Below, piece after piece: positions 39,994-49,594 of a stretch of DNA of 64,000 bases. The notes beneath the pieces were generated by a model that saw only the letters and a program-made list of their open reading frames with translations, was not told the origin of the DNA and did not search any database. How positions within the stretch are numbered: the stretch's first letter is position 1; every line of letters starts with the position of its first letter. A program made the position numbers and the translations under genes. Source of the DNA: an uncultured Acidobacteriota bacterium. GTDB taxonomy: Bacteria; Acidobacteriota; Terriglobia; Acidiferrales; UBA7541. The DNA lies in the NCBI GenBank assembly GCA_963735525.1, contig CAVTLQ010000012.1:165005-229004 (forward strand), given 5' to 3'.

Positions 39994-40884
39994 CTACAGG
40001 CCTTTGGTGGCGCGGAAGGCGCGGACGACGGCGGGGACGTCGCGTTGGTTGGCGTCGACTTCGGCGTTGAGGTGGCGCATTTCGTCGGCGGAGATTTTGC
40101 CGGCGAGATCGGCCAGGGCCGGCCGGAGTTGGGGAAACTTGGCCAGGGCGTCGCGGCGGACGATGGGGACGGCGTCGTAGGGCGGAAAATAGTGGCGGTC
40201 GTCGGCTAGCGCGACGAGGTGCAGAGCGTCGATGAGGCCGTCGGTGGAATTGCCGGCTACGATGTCGACCTTTTTGTCGATCAGCGCGCGGTAGATCAGG
40301 CCCAGATCCATGACGCTGGGCTGTGAGGCGAAGCGGAGACCGTAGCGCTCGCTCCAGCCGCGAAAGCCGTCGGGACGCTCGAGGAATTCGTAGCCGACGC
40401 CGGCGCGCCAGCGCGGGGCCAGCGCGACAATGTCGGAGATGTTGCGCACGTGAAATTGTTGCGCGTCATCGCCGCGAATGACCATGGCGAAGGTGTTCTC
40501 AAATCCGAGTGGCTCGGTGACTTCGAAGTTGAAGCGGCCGGCGTAGCCTTGCTTGACGCGCTGGTAGACGGAGTTGGAATCGCCGCCAGGGGCTTCGTTG
40601 AGGACGGCGGTCAGCGCGGTGCCGGTGTATTCGACGTAGAGATCGAGCTGGCCGGCCTGGAGGGCTTTCTGGCAGAGGAGGGTGCCGCCCAGATTGGTCT
40701 TGCGCTCAACGTGGATGCCGGTGCGGGCCTCGATGTGTTGGGCGAGGAGTTCGGCGAGGATGACTTGCTCGGTGAAGAATTTGGAGCCGATGATGATTTT
40801 GGGTTGGGAATGGCGGCAGCCCGCAAGGCAGAGGAGGTTAAGGAGGTAGAGGACGTATAGGAGATAAAGGAGAGGGCGGCGCAT
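39994..40884 (-). CDS. betaine/osmoprotectant-family ABC transporter substrate-binding lipoprotein
   Basis: LAGC lipobox; IGSKFFTEQ, YVEYTGT, GFENTF, EFLERPDG, DDRHYFPPY. Confidence 0.92.
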   Translation of the reverse strand: MRRPLLYLLYVLYLLNLLCLAGCRHSQPKIIIGSKFFTEQVILAELLAQHIEARTGIHVERKTNLGGTLLCQKALQAGQLDLYVEYTGTALTAVLNEAPGGDSNSVYQRVKQGYAGRFNFEVTEPLGFENTFAMVIRGDDAQQFHVRNISDIVALAPRWRAGVGYEFLERPDGFRGWSERYGLRFASQPSVMDLGLIYRALIDKKVDIVAGNSTDGLIDALHLVALADDRHYFPPYDAVPIVRRDALAKFPQLRPALADLAGKISADEMRHLNAEVDANQRDVPAVVRAFRATKGL

Positions 40885-40995
40885 TGTGAACAGTGAATGT
40901 CTCACGGTAGAGGAAGTAAAGGAAGTCAAGGAGGTAAAGGAAAGGGCGCGGCGCATCGGGATCAGGCAGGCGCAGAGGAGCGCGGAGAAGAAAAT

Positions 40996-41628
40996 TCAGA
41001 CGACTTCGAGGCGGCGCTCGACCCAGCCAAGGAGGATGTCGGCGAAAATGGCGAGGAGTGCGGCGGGGACGGCGCCGGCGAGGATGACGGCGTCACTGAC
41101 CATGGCGACGCCGCGGAAGATGAATGTGCCGAGGCCGCCGGCGCCGATGGCGGCGGCGATAGTGGCGACGCCGATGGTGATGACAGTGGCCGTGCGAACG
41201 CCGGCCAGAATGAAGGCCAGTGCCAGCGGGAGGCGCACGCGGTACAGGATTTGCATCTCGGTCATGCCCATCGCTTCGGCGGCTTGGAGAACGGCGGGAT
41301 CGATGCCGGTGAGACCCACGTAGGTGTTTCGCAGGATGGGGAGCAGGGCATACAGAACGAGGGCGACGATTGCCGTGCGCCGGCCGATGCCGCCAATGAA
41401 GGGGATGGGGATCAGGAAGCCGAAGAGCGCCAGGCTGGGGATGGTCTGAAATACGCTGGCGACGCCGAGGGCGATGTTGCGCAACGCGGGTCGTTGGACG
41501 ATGAGCATGCCCAGCGGCACGCCGATGGCGATTGCAAAGGCCATGGCGACGACGACGAGCGTCACGTGCGACAACGTGGCCTCGAGAATTTCCTCGCGAT
41601 GATCGAGAAAAAATGTCCAGGGGCTCAT
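40996..41628 (-). CDS. betaine-family ABC transporter permease
   Basis: FQTIPSLAL, LYALLPILRNT, AAEAMGM (EAA loop), IGAGGLG. Confidence 0.92.
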   Translation of the reverse strand: MSPWTFFLDHREEILEATLSHVTLVVVAMAFAIAIGVPLGMLIVQRPALRNIALGVASVFQTIPSLALFGFLIPIPFIGGIGRRTAIVALVLYALLPILRNTYVGLTGIDPAVLQAAEAMGMTEMQILYRVRLPLALAFILAGVRTATVITIGVATIAAAIGAGGLGTFIFRGVAMVSDAVILAGAVPAALLAIFADILLGWVERRLEVV

Positions 41629-41636
41629 GCCGGCAC

Positions 41637-42407
41637 TCAAGGGAGCGACCCCAACGAGGCAGCGAACGCCTGCACCTCGGGATGATCGATGCGGAGGAAC
41701 TCCTGCGGCGATGCGGTGGAAACGATGCGGCCCGCTTGAAGCAAAACGATTCGGGTGGCGAGGAGGAGAGCTTCGCGGAGATCGTGGGTGACGAACACGA
41801 TGGTTTTGGCGAGACGGCCGGCAAGCGTGATGAACTCGCGTTGCAGCTCCGCGCGGGTAATTGGGTCGAGCGCACCGAAAGGCTCGTCCATCAACAGAAT
41901 CGGCGGGTCCGCCGCAAGGGCCCGCGCGACGCCGACGCGCTGACGCTGGCCGCCGGAGAGTTCGTGAGGGCGGCGCGCAGAGAATTTGCCGGGATCGAGT
42001 CCGACGAGGGTGAGGAGCTCGGCCACGCGGGCAGCGATGCGGCTGGGGTCCCATTTTTCGAGGGAGGGCACCAGGCCGACGTTTTCAGCAACGGTGAAAT
42101 GGGGGAAAAGCCCCGCTTCCTGAATAACGTATCCGATGCTTCGGCGGAGACGGATGGGGTCCCATTCGGCTGTGGAGCGGCCCTCCACAGATACCTGCCC
42201 AATTGTTGGCAGCAGGAGGCGATTGATCAGCCTCAACAGCGTGGTTTTGCCGCTGCCGCTGCGGCCGAGAAGAACCAGGGTCTCGCCGCAGCAAATCGAC
42301 AAGGAAATACCGGCGACTAAGGCGTGAGAGGAGCTACGGTTAACACTGTATGTTACGTCTTGAAACTCAATGGTACTTTCGGCCAGTGTACCAGTCTTGG
42401 CATTCAT
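41637..42407 (-). CDS. betaine-family ABC transporter ATP-binding protein (no CBS domains)
   Basis: GRSGSGKTT, LSGGQRQRVGVARAL, LMDEPFGALD, FVTHD. Confidence 0.94.
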   Translation of the reverse strand: MNAKTGTLAESTIEFQDVTYSVNRSSSHALVAGISLSICCGETLVLLGRSGSGKTTLLRLINRLLLPTIGQVSVEGRSTAEWDPIRLRRSIGYVIQEAGLFPHFTVAENVGLVPSLEKWDPSRIAARVAELLTLVGLDPGKFSARRPHELSGGQRQRVGVARALAADPPILLMDEPFGALDPITRAELQREFITLAGRLAKTIVFVTHDLREALLLATRIVLLQAGRIVSTASPQEFLRIDHPEVQAFAASLGSLP

Positions 42408-42524
42408 TTCGATTGACAGCTCCGCGCGCCGGGGGGACCATCATACTTCGCTCTGCCACCCCGGCGCTGAAATTTGGCGCATCCTTAAGACGGAAGCGGC
42501 ATCAAACGGGAAGGGGAACACCGC

Positions 42525-43856
42525 ATGGGAGCTATTGGTAGCGCGGTCCGCATCCGTCACAGCCTGCACACCCGCGTGGCGGAGGCACGTTCACGCACCG
42601 ACGAGGCATTCGCCATCGTTCGGGATGAGGCCATGTACGACCGGCCTATCGCGGAACGCCATCGCATCATTTTTTACCTGGGGCACGTTGAGGCGTTCGA
42701 TTGGAACCTGCTGGCCGAACGCGCCTTCGGGCTTCGTTCTTTCCACCCATCCTTCGACAAGCTGTTTGCGTTTGGGATCGACCCCATCGGCGGCGGTTTG
42801 CCGATGGACAAGCCGGCGGATTGGCCTGCGCGCGAAGAAATTCAGGAATACAACCAGCGGCTCCGCGAAGAGCTCGATCGAGCGATCACGAGGGCGTTGG
42901 CTCAGCCGTCCGAGGGGCACCCGCTGCTGAGGCAGATGCTGGAAGTAGCGATCGAGCATCGCCTGATGCACGCCGAGACGCTGGCGTACATGCTGCATCA
43001 CCTGCCCGCCGATCGAAAAATTGTTCCGACGCATGAACCGCTATGGAGAACGCCGCGGGCGAAATCGCATCTGGTGGAGATCTTCGGGGGACGCGCGACC
43101 CTCGGGCTGCAGCGCGCGCAGGGGGACGAATTCGGGTGGGACAACGAGATGGACCCGCACGAAGTGTTCGTCCCGGAGTTCGCGATCGACAACTACAATG
43201 CAACCAATCGCGATTTTCTCCTGTTCGTCCAGTCTGGTGGATATGAAAACGCCTCGCTTTGGAGCGATGAGGCGTGGGCCTGGAAGAAAAAAGAAGGCAT
43301 CGCGCATCCCACTTTCTGGCGCCGCGTCGGCAATCTATGGATGTATCGAACCATGTTCGGCGAGATGCGCTTGCCGCTGGACTGGCCCGCTTACGTCAGC
43401 CATGCGGAAGCCACCGCGTATGCGAAGTGGCTGGGGCGCAAACTGCCGACGGAAGAACAATTTCATCGAGCGGCCTACGCCACATCGGACGAGGCTGTGG
43501 AGCGCCACTATCCGTGGGGCGATGAGGCGCCGGACGAGCGTTACGGCAACTTCGATTTCGCGCACTGGGACCCGAGTCCCGTAGGATCGTATCCGCTCGG
43601 AGCGAGCGCGTTCGGCGTTCATGATATTGTCGGCAACGGCTGGGAATGGACGCGCACGGAGTTCAGCGCGTTTCCTGGCTTTACGCCTATGCCGTTTTAT
43701 CCTGGATACTCGGCCAATTTTTTCGATGGTAAGCACTACGTGATGAAAGGCGGCTCACCCCGCACAGCCGCGTGCATGCTGCGACGTTCGTTTCGAAACT
43801 GGTTCCAACCTCATTATCCGTACGTGTATGCTACGTTTCGCTGTGTTGAGGACTAA
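42525..43856 (+). CDS. egtB: iron-dependent sulfoxide synthase (EgtB/OvoA family; DinB_2 plus FGE-sulfatase domains)
   Basis: RHRIIFYLGH, EHRLMHAET (HxxxHxE), FGWDNE, LPTEEQF, GNGWEWT, YPGYSANFFDG; adjacent to egtD. Confidence 0.85.
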   Translation: MGAIGSAVRIRHSLHTRVAEARSRTDEAFAIVRDEAMYDRPIAERHRIIFYLGHVEAFDWNLLAERAFGLRSFHPSFDKLFAFGIDPIGGGLPMDKPADWPAREEIQEYNQRLREELDRAITRALAQPSEGHPLLRQMLEVAIEHRLMHAETLAYMLHHLPADRKIVPTHEPLWRTPRAKSHLVEIFGGRATLGLQRAQGDEFGWDNEMDPHEVFVPEFAIDNYNATNRDFLLFVQSGGYENASLWSDEAWAWKKKEGIAHPTFWRRVGNLWMYRTMFGEMRLPLDWPAYVSHAEATAYAKWLGRKLPTEEQFHRAAYATSDEAVERHYPWGDEAPDERYGNFDFAHWDPSPVGSYPLGASAFGVHDIVGNGWEWTRTEFSAFPGFTPMPFYPGYSANFFDGKHYVMKGGSPRTAACMLRRSFRNWFQPHYPYVYATFRCVED

Positions 43857-43881
43857 TTAAAGAGTAGGCTTGGGAGCTGCC

Positions 43882-44850
43882 ATGCTGACCTATTCCCTTC
43901 CCGCGCGACACGTGTCCGATTTCGCCGACGCGGTCCGCGAGGGTTTGACGAAGCCCGGACAAAAAGAACTCCCGTCGAAATATCTGTACGACGAGGTGGG
44001 CTCCGCGTTGTTCGAGACCATTTGCGTTCTGCCAGAATATGGCCTGACGCGAGCCGACGCCCGGCTGCTGCAAAAACACTCGAGAGAGATCGTCGCCCGC
44101 TTGCCGTCTCCGATCCATGTAGCCGAGCTTGGAAGCGGCAGCGGCAAGAAGACGCGTTGGATCCTGGAAGCGCTCTCACTCCGGCAGAGAACCTACTACT
44201 ATCCGATTGAAATCTCATCGTCCGCCCTGGCCGCGTGCCAAAAGGAGCTCGGCCAGATTGATCTGGTGAGCATCGTGGGTTACGAAAAGCCGTACCTGGA
44301 GGGGTTGCAGGCGGTCGCGCAAAGGCGAGATGCCGGAGAGCATCTGCTGGTTTTGTTTCTAGGGAGCACCATCGGCAATTTCGACCGCCAGGCCAGCGAA
44401 GTTTTTCTGCGCGAGGTTCGAGAGATCCTGCAAGACGGCGACGCTTTGCTGCTGGGCACGGACCTCGAAAAGAAGGTCGAGGATCAGCTGTTGGCGTATG
44501 ACGACCCGGCCGGCGTCACCTCGGCATTTAATTTGAACTTGCTGGCACGCATCAATCGGGAGTTAGGGGCGAATTTCGATCTTACTTGTTTTCGGCACGA
44601 AGCCCGCTGGAACGCGGCAGAGCGGCGGATTGAGATGCATCTGCGCTCCACCCGCCGGCAATGCGTGACGATTTCCGCGGCGGGCTTGCGCGTGATGTTG
44701 GACGAGGGCGAGACCATCTGGACGGAAAGCTCCCACAAATACCGGCTGGAGAACGTTGTCAACATGGCCGAGCGCACCGGTTTTCGCTGCGACGGACAGT
44801 GGATCGACGAAGAGTGGCCCTTCGCGCAGAACTTGTTGGTTAGCGCGTAG
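43882..44850 (+). CDS. egtD: L-histidine N-alpha-methyltransferase
   Basis: KELPSKYLYDEVGSALFE, ELGSGSGKKT, FLGSTIGNF, AYDDPAGVTSAFNLN, RIEMHL, TESSHKY. Confidence 0.95.
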   Translation: MLTYSLPARHVSDFADAVREGLTKPGQKELPSKYLYDEVGSALFETICVLPEYGLTRADARLLQKHSREIVARLPSPIHVAELGSGSGKKTRWILEALSLRQRTYYYPIEISSSALAACQKELGQIDLVSIVGYEKPYLEGLQAVAQRRDAGEHLLVLFLGSTIGNFDRQASEVFLREVREILQDGDALLLGTDLEKKVEDQLLAYDDPAGVTSAFNLNLLARINRELGANFDLTCFRHEARWNAAERRIEMHLRSTRRQCVTISAAGLRVMLDEGETIWTESSHKYRLENVVNMAERTGFRCDGQWIDEEWPFAQNLLVSA

Positions 44851-44857
44851 CCGATCG

Positions 44858-46993
44858 TCAGATTGCCTCGACTCGCCAAACCAACTGACCTCTCCAGGTT
44901 TTCTCCACGGACAAATCCGGATACCACACCGCGAGTATTTGCGAGCCTTGGTAGACGCGCTCAAATCCTTCTTCCGATTCCGAAACCGTTTCGATCGGCG
45001 CAATCCAAAACTGCTGTGCGGCAGGGGCATGAAGCGCGATGCGCAGGCGCTGCCAGCCGTCTTCCATGCGCAGAATGGGACCCGGCAACGCGCCGCTGAA
45101 GCGGAGATTCTGCGGGCCGCCCTGCGTCTCGAAGAATCGATCGGGTTCCGTGGGGGCAAGCAGATTCACGACGGATTCCAGGCCGATGGCGAGAGGCTTT
45201 TCCAGCGGCGCCTTGAGCTGCATTCGGACTTCGCAAGCGACTTCGCAGCCATGTGGCGCAGGACCGAAGGAAAAGTGCTTGGTGACAAAGAGCTCGACGC
45301 CGGCAGCTGAAGGGCTGCCCTGCCACGCGAGCACGCCCTCGCGCGTGAGTTCGGCATTCTGCGTCTCCCAGTCGTCGGCGGCAAACTCGCCGCCGGCGAA
45401 TCCCGGGTCTTCTTGGAGCTCGAGCGCTTCGTAGTCGGCATGAGTACGCGCGGGATCGAAGAGTAGAAGACGAAAGGCATGGCGCGGCCAGCGGTCGTAG
45501 CGGAGAAAGCGCTCCAGGCCGGCCTCTTTCACGCGGGTTTGTTCGTAGGCGGCGGCCGTGGAGGTCGCAGGGCGATAGTTCGGATCGCGCAGGCGGGCGT
45601 GATAGGCCTCGGGCCGCCGCAAGATCGAGTTGATCAGCGTGGATGCGGTGGGGCGGAAATCGAGCGCTGCGAGGGTGCCGCCGTCGGACGGTTTTACAAG
45701 CGCTTGATACCCAGGCGCGGTGAACAGCAGCTCATCGACTCCGTCGCCATCGTAGTCGAGCGATTCGACTCGGTACGTCAACGCCGCCGGGGTGTGGCTG
45801 TCTCCGATGGCCTCGGCGCGAATCAGATTCCGCCAGAGCTCGGTGCGCAGGTGCGGCGCGTACAGCCCGCCGAAGATGCCATGCCAGTACGCATCGTTGC
45901 ATTGCGCGCGGAGAAGCAAATCGCGAGCGTTCTTGAGCTCATCGGCAGCTTTGGAACCTCCGCGGCGCTTGGGAACGGCGGCGAGTCGCGCGGAAACGCG
46001 AAGCATCTTTTTGTGGAGCAGATTGGATTCCGCGTACTTTCGAAAGAAGCCGCGCCACGGACTGCCGCGAAGAAACGACAGGACCTCGGACCGCGAATCG
46101 AACTCTTTCAATAGGGCGCTGTAGCGCTGGCGGGTCGGCGTGGGAAGCGCCCACTCCATCATTTCGGTGTAAGAAGCGGTGGGCAAATCGGCTCGACCGA
46201 ACGGAATGTGGCTCGCCAGATACTCGGTTGGAGCGCAAACGTTCAGCCACGAGGCATTTTCTTCCAGGGCTGCGAAAAGGTTGTCGAGCCAGCCTTTCTT
46301 ATAACAAAGCTCAAAGGTGCCGGGCCATCCGCCAAATTTTTCCATGTCGTCGCCCATGGCGGCGATGCCGTCGGGATGAGCTTCGGCGGTTTCGCGCAAG
46401 TTGGTGATAACCTTTTCCACCGTTTCCCACGGAATGAGATAGCGCAGCGATTTTTGCCCCGGAATGATGCGGATGGTTTGGCCCTGGTCTTCCGCGATGT
46501 AGTCGCGGAAGAGCTCTGCCTGCTCAAAACCCGCGGAGAGAAAGTGGATGTCGTCCAGCACCGTGTACCGGACGCCGGCCTGTGCGAGCACGGACGCGAG
46601 TTGCGGCTCCCAGACGCGCTCCGCGAGCCACGCTCCAGCCGGGCGGTGATCGAAATGGTGCTCGAGGTAATCCGCGAGCCGGGCGATCTGCTCTTGCTGG
46701 TCCGCGGGAGGAATGGAAATCAGGATCGGCTCATAGAATCCGCCGCCAACAAGCTCGACCTGGCCATTCTTCACCAGAGTCTTGAGCCGCTCGAAATACT
46801 CGGGATGATGTTCTTCTATCCAGGCGAGCAACGGGCCCGAGTAGTGAAGGCCCATGTGAATGCTGGGATGTTTTTCGAGCACCTCGAGAAACGGCGAGTA
46901 GCAATGTGCGTACGATTGCTCGAGGACGTGACCAAAGTTACCGCAGGGCTGATGCGCGTGAACGAGCAGAACTACATGGAGCTTTGGAGGCAC
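44858..46993 (-). CDS. GH57 alpha-amylase/4-alpha-glucanotransferase
   Basis: HAHQP, GGGFYEPIL, WLAERVWEP (nucleophile Glu), GDDMEKFG, QCNDAYWHG; start approximate. Confidence 0.92.
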   Translation of the reverse strand: MPPKLHVVLLVHAHQPCGNFGHVLEQSYAHCYSPFLEVLEKHPSIHMGLHYSGPLLAWIEEHHPEYFERLKTLVKNGQVELVGGGFYEPILISIPPADQQEQIARLADYLEHHFDHRPAGAWLAERVWEPQLASVLAQAGVRYTVLDDIHFLSAGFEQAELFRDYIAEDQGQTIRIIPGQKSLRYLIPWETVEKVITNLRETAEAHPDGIAAMGDDMEKFGGWPGTFELCYKKGWLDNLFAALEENASWLNVCAPTEYLASHIPFGRADLPTASYTEMMEWALPTPTRQRYSALLKEFDSRSEVLSFLRGSPWRGFFRKYAESNLLHKKMLRVSARLAAVPKRRGGSKAADELKNARDLLLRAQCNDAYWHGIFGGLYAPHLRTELWRNLIRAEAIGDSHTPAALTYRVESLDYDGDGVDELLFTAPGYQALVKPSDGGTLAALDFRPTASTLINSILRRPEAYHARLRDPNYRPATSTAAAYEQTRVKEAGLERFLRYDRWPRHAFRLLLFDPARTHADYEALELQEDPGFAGGEFAADDWETQNAELTREGVLAWQGSPSAAGVELFVTKHFSFGPAPHGCEVACEVRMQLKAPLEKPLAIGLESVVNLLAPTEPDRFFETQGGPQNLRFSGALPGPILRMEDGWQRLRIALHAPAAQQFWIAPIETVSESEEGFERVYQGSQILAVWYPDLSVEKTWRGQLVWRVEAI

Positions 46994-47114
46994 GGGGACG
47001 GGTCTGTCTCCTCGCAGACAGCATATAGCGTGCGGCGCGAAGTTGTAACCCGCCGAACGAGCTGAGGTGCGCGAATCGCGCACTCCTGTTGGATGCGCCG
47101 AAGCGTGGATCGAT

Positions 47115-48923
47115 CTACGGTGCTGTGTGTTTGAGGACCCAACTGGAAATGGCCGACAGCGCGTCGGGTGCGAAGGTTTCTTCAATCGCGCGGGTCTCCG
47201 CGGGCACACCCATGTAGCAATGCTGGAAAGCATGGTTCAGGCCGGGCAACTCGACGATCTGGAAGTCTTTGTTGCCTCCGTCTTCCAGTGCTTTCTTGAG
47301 GAGTGGCAGATTTTCCTTGGGCGGCACCTGCAGGTCTTTCTCTCCACTCAAGGCGAGGACGGGACACTTCGTCTTTTGCAGAGCCGGCGCAGGATCGTAG
47401 TCCAGGAAGTAGCGAAACCACGGCGAGCTGGTCCAATGAATTTGCCGCTGCAGGACGCCAGAAGGCATGGCCGGCCCCAACCCGCTCACTTTGATGAGAT
47501 CGTCGAGCTTGTTTTCCAGGACTGCGCGGTCTTTCTCCTGACGCACCAGCATGTACGCTTGACGGTCGAAATCGAGGCTCTTGGCCACCTGCTCGTCCGT
47601 CATTCCCGCGGCTCTGGCGATCAAATCCGACTGCAGCAGCAGAGTCTCGGCTCCTTTCGTTGCCGGTCCCGCGAGCAGGACAATCCACGCGACCTCGCTT
47701 GAGCGCGATGCGATCATCGGCGCGATCACGCCTCCCTCGCTATGCCCGATGATGCCGATTTTTCGCGCATCGATCTCTTTGCGGCTCTTCAGAAAAACCA
47801 GGGCGGCTTCGGCATCGCCGGCGAAATCGGCCGTGGTGGCATTTTCGTAGTCGCCGGTGGACTTGCCGATGCCGCGCTTGTCGTAGCGAAACACCGCGAT
47901 GCCCTTGCGCGTGAGGTGGTCCGCCAGGATCAAGAAAGGGCGATGGCCGGAGTCGGCTTCGTCGCGGTCGAGGGGACCCGAACCCGTCAGCAGAATCGCC
48001 GCGGGAAATGGTCCGGGACCCCGCGGGAGCGTAAGGGTTCCGGAAAGCGAGATGGCCGCCGGTGCATTGGCGAAAGTGAGTTCTACCTCCTTGTAGGGAT
48101 AGGGTTTCACGGGAGTTTGCGGGCGGCGCAACTCAGGGATTTGATCGGAGCGCTTGAAATTGATGACCGAAGTGCTGCCGCTCTGCTGCAGGGTGCCGGA
48201 AATTACATTTCCTGCGGCGTTCAAGACGCCGTCGTAAACGCCCTGTACCGCAGACAGATCAAAATGAATCGCAGATTCCTTCTCGCTGACGTTTGTCGCG
48301 GGAAATCCGTTGATGCCCTGGTCGATGCTGTCCAGCGTGGCGATCAGTTGGCCTTGCGCATCGTGCGATATGTGAAGTTGCAGACGGAAGCGCATGCCGT
48401 GCGTATCGAGGATGCCTTGCCAAACTCCTTCGGCAGCGGCGACCGCGCCGGGTGGTTTCTTTGCGCTGCCAACGTGCGCCTGACGCTGGAAGACCAGCGG
48501 AAGGCTGGCTCCTCCCTGCGACCATGTTCCTTCGATGGTGTGGTAGTCGGCGGAAACCTTGCCTTCGAACGAGGCGTTGACGGAAGGCACCTCAATCTTG
48601 ATCGTCGACCCGGTTCGCGTGAGCGAAGAAGCTTCGATGCCGTACACGCCCTGATCGAGACTGTCGAGCGTGGCCCTCAGCGAGTCACGATCACCCTTGG
48701 TGACGTGAAGGACCAAATGAAGCACCGTGTCGCCGGCTTGCAGTGTGCCTGCCCAGGTGCCCTCGAGCGTCAGCGCATGCACCTGCGCGACGCGCGGTGG
48801 TGGCGCTTGCGCCTGGGCCGCGGCACACGGGCGCGCGGCAAAGCTTGCGCAAAAAAACAATATTGTCATTCTGAGGGCATCCGACAAGGATGCCCGAAGA
48901 ATCTCAACTTCAACTATTCCCAC
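47115..48923 (-). CDS. exported alpha/beta hydrolase with two N-terminal repeat domains
   Basis: GSGPLDRDE, RYDKRG, GHSEGG, GEKDLQV, GLNHAFQ; repeated GTW/GVW...LDSxDQG domains; start 48923 (GTG) or 48869 (ATG). Confidence 0.9.
   Translation of the reverse strand: MGIVEVEILRASLSDALRMTILFFCASFAARPCAAAQAQAPPPRVAQVHALTLEGTWAGTLQAGDTVLHLVLHVTKGDRDSLRATLDSLDQGVYGIEASSLTRTGSTIKIEVPSVNASFEGKVSADYHTIEGTWSQGGASLPLVFQRQAHVGSAKKPPGAVAAAEGVWQGILDTHGMRFRLQLHISHDAQGQLIATLDSIDQGINGFPATNVSEKESAIHFDLSAVQGVYDGVLNAAGNVISGTLQQSGSTSVINFKRSDQIPELRRPQTPVKPYPYKEVELTFANAPAAISLSGTLTLPRGPGPFPAAILLTGSGPLDRDEADSGHRPFLILADHLTRKGIAVFRYDKRGIGKSTGDYENATTADFAGDAEAALVFLKSRKEIDARKIGIIGHSEGGVIAPMIASRSSEVAWIVLLAGPATKGAETLLLQSDLIARAAGMTDEQVAKSLDFDRQAYMLVRQEKDRAVLENKLDDLIKVSGLGPAMPSGVLQRQIHWTSSPWFRYFLDYDPAPALQKTKCPVLALSGEKDLQVPPKENLPLLKKALEDGGNKDFQIVELPGLNHAFQHCYMGVPAETRAIEETFAPDALSAISSWVLKHTAP
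48865..48906. repeat. palindromic element overlapping the hydrolase 5' end
   Basis: GTCATTCTGAG-GGCATCC-GACAA-GGATGCC-CGAAGAATCTC hairpin. Confidence 0.7.
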
Positions 48924-49060
48924 TTAATATTTATACCTTCCGCCGGACAGCTTCAAATGTCTGCTCCAAATCAGTTTTCCGCAGCCTGTTAGAATTTTAG
49001 ATGATCGAACGCCACGGCGAGTTGGAAGCGAGCGCGGCACGATCGGCAGCTTAAGCCGCG

Positions 49061-49095
49061 AAAAAAACAACGCGGCACGCCAAAAGCGTGCCGCG
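49061..49095 (-). terminator. Rho-independent terminator after ferredoxin
   Basis: perfect 10-bp stem CGCGGCACGC/GCGTGCCGCG followed on the minus strand by TTGTTTTTTT. Confidence 0.85.
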
Positions 49096-49137
49096 CAAGT
49101 CCTGCCAAGCCTGCTTTTCCCGCCGAATTCGCTCGAA

Positions 49138-49401
49138 CTACTTCTTCGTGTAAAACTCGGCGTTCACCGGCGTGTAGCTCGACCACTTCTCCGGCAGATC
49201 TTCGAGCGCAAAGATCGCCGTCACCGGGCACACCGGCACGCAGGCGCCGCAATCGATGCATTCCGCGGGATTGATGAAGAGATGCTTCACGCCCTCAAAC
49301 TCCGGCTCGTCCTTGCGCGGGTGGATGCAGTCCACCGGGCAGACGTCCACGCAGGCGGTGTCTTTTGTACCGATGCACGGCTCGGCAATTACATATGCCA
49401 T
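49138..49401 (-). CDS. dicluster ferredoxin (FdxA-like)
   Basis: MAYVIAEPCIGTKDTACVDVCPVDCI and ECIDCGACVPVCP. Confidence 0.95.
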   Translation of the reverse strand: MAYVIAEPCIGTKDTACVDVCPVDCIHPRKDEPEFEGVKHLFINPAECIDCGACVPVCPVTAIFALEDLPEKWSSYTPVNAEFYTKK

Positions 49402-49594
49402 TCCAGGTCTCCTTTTTCCAACCACTGTTCGGACCGCAGACCGGTGGCTCCAAGGCAGATGGCGCGACCCGCGGAAATTTCCCTTATATCACGGCCCTGT
49501 CAGGAGCAACAAGCAGCTTGCTGAATTGTACGCGGAGGGAATGGGTTTCTCAACTTCGATGGGTGCGGATAGAATGGTAGGGGAAGGAACCTTT

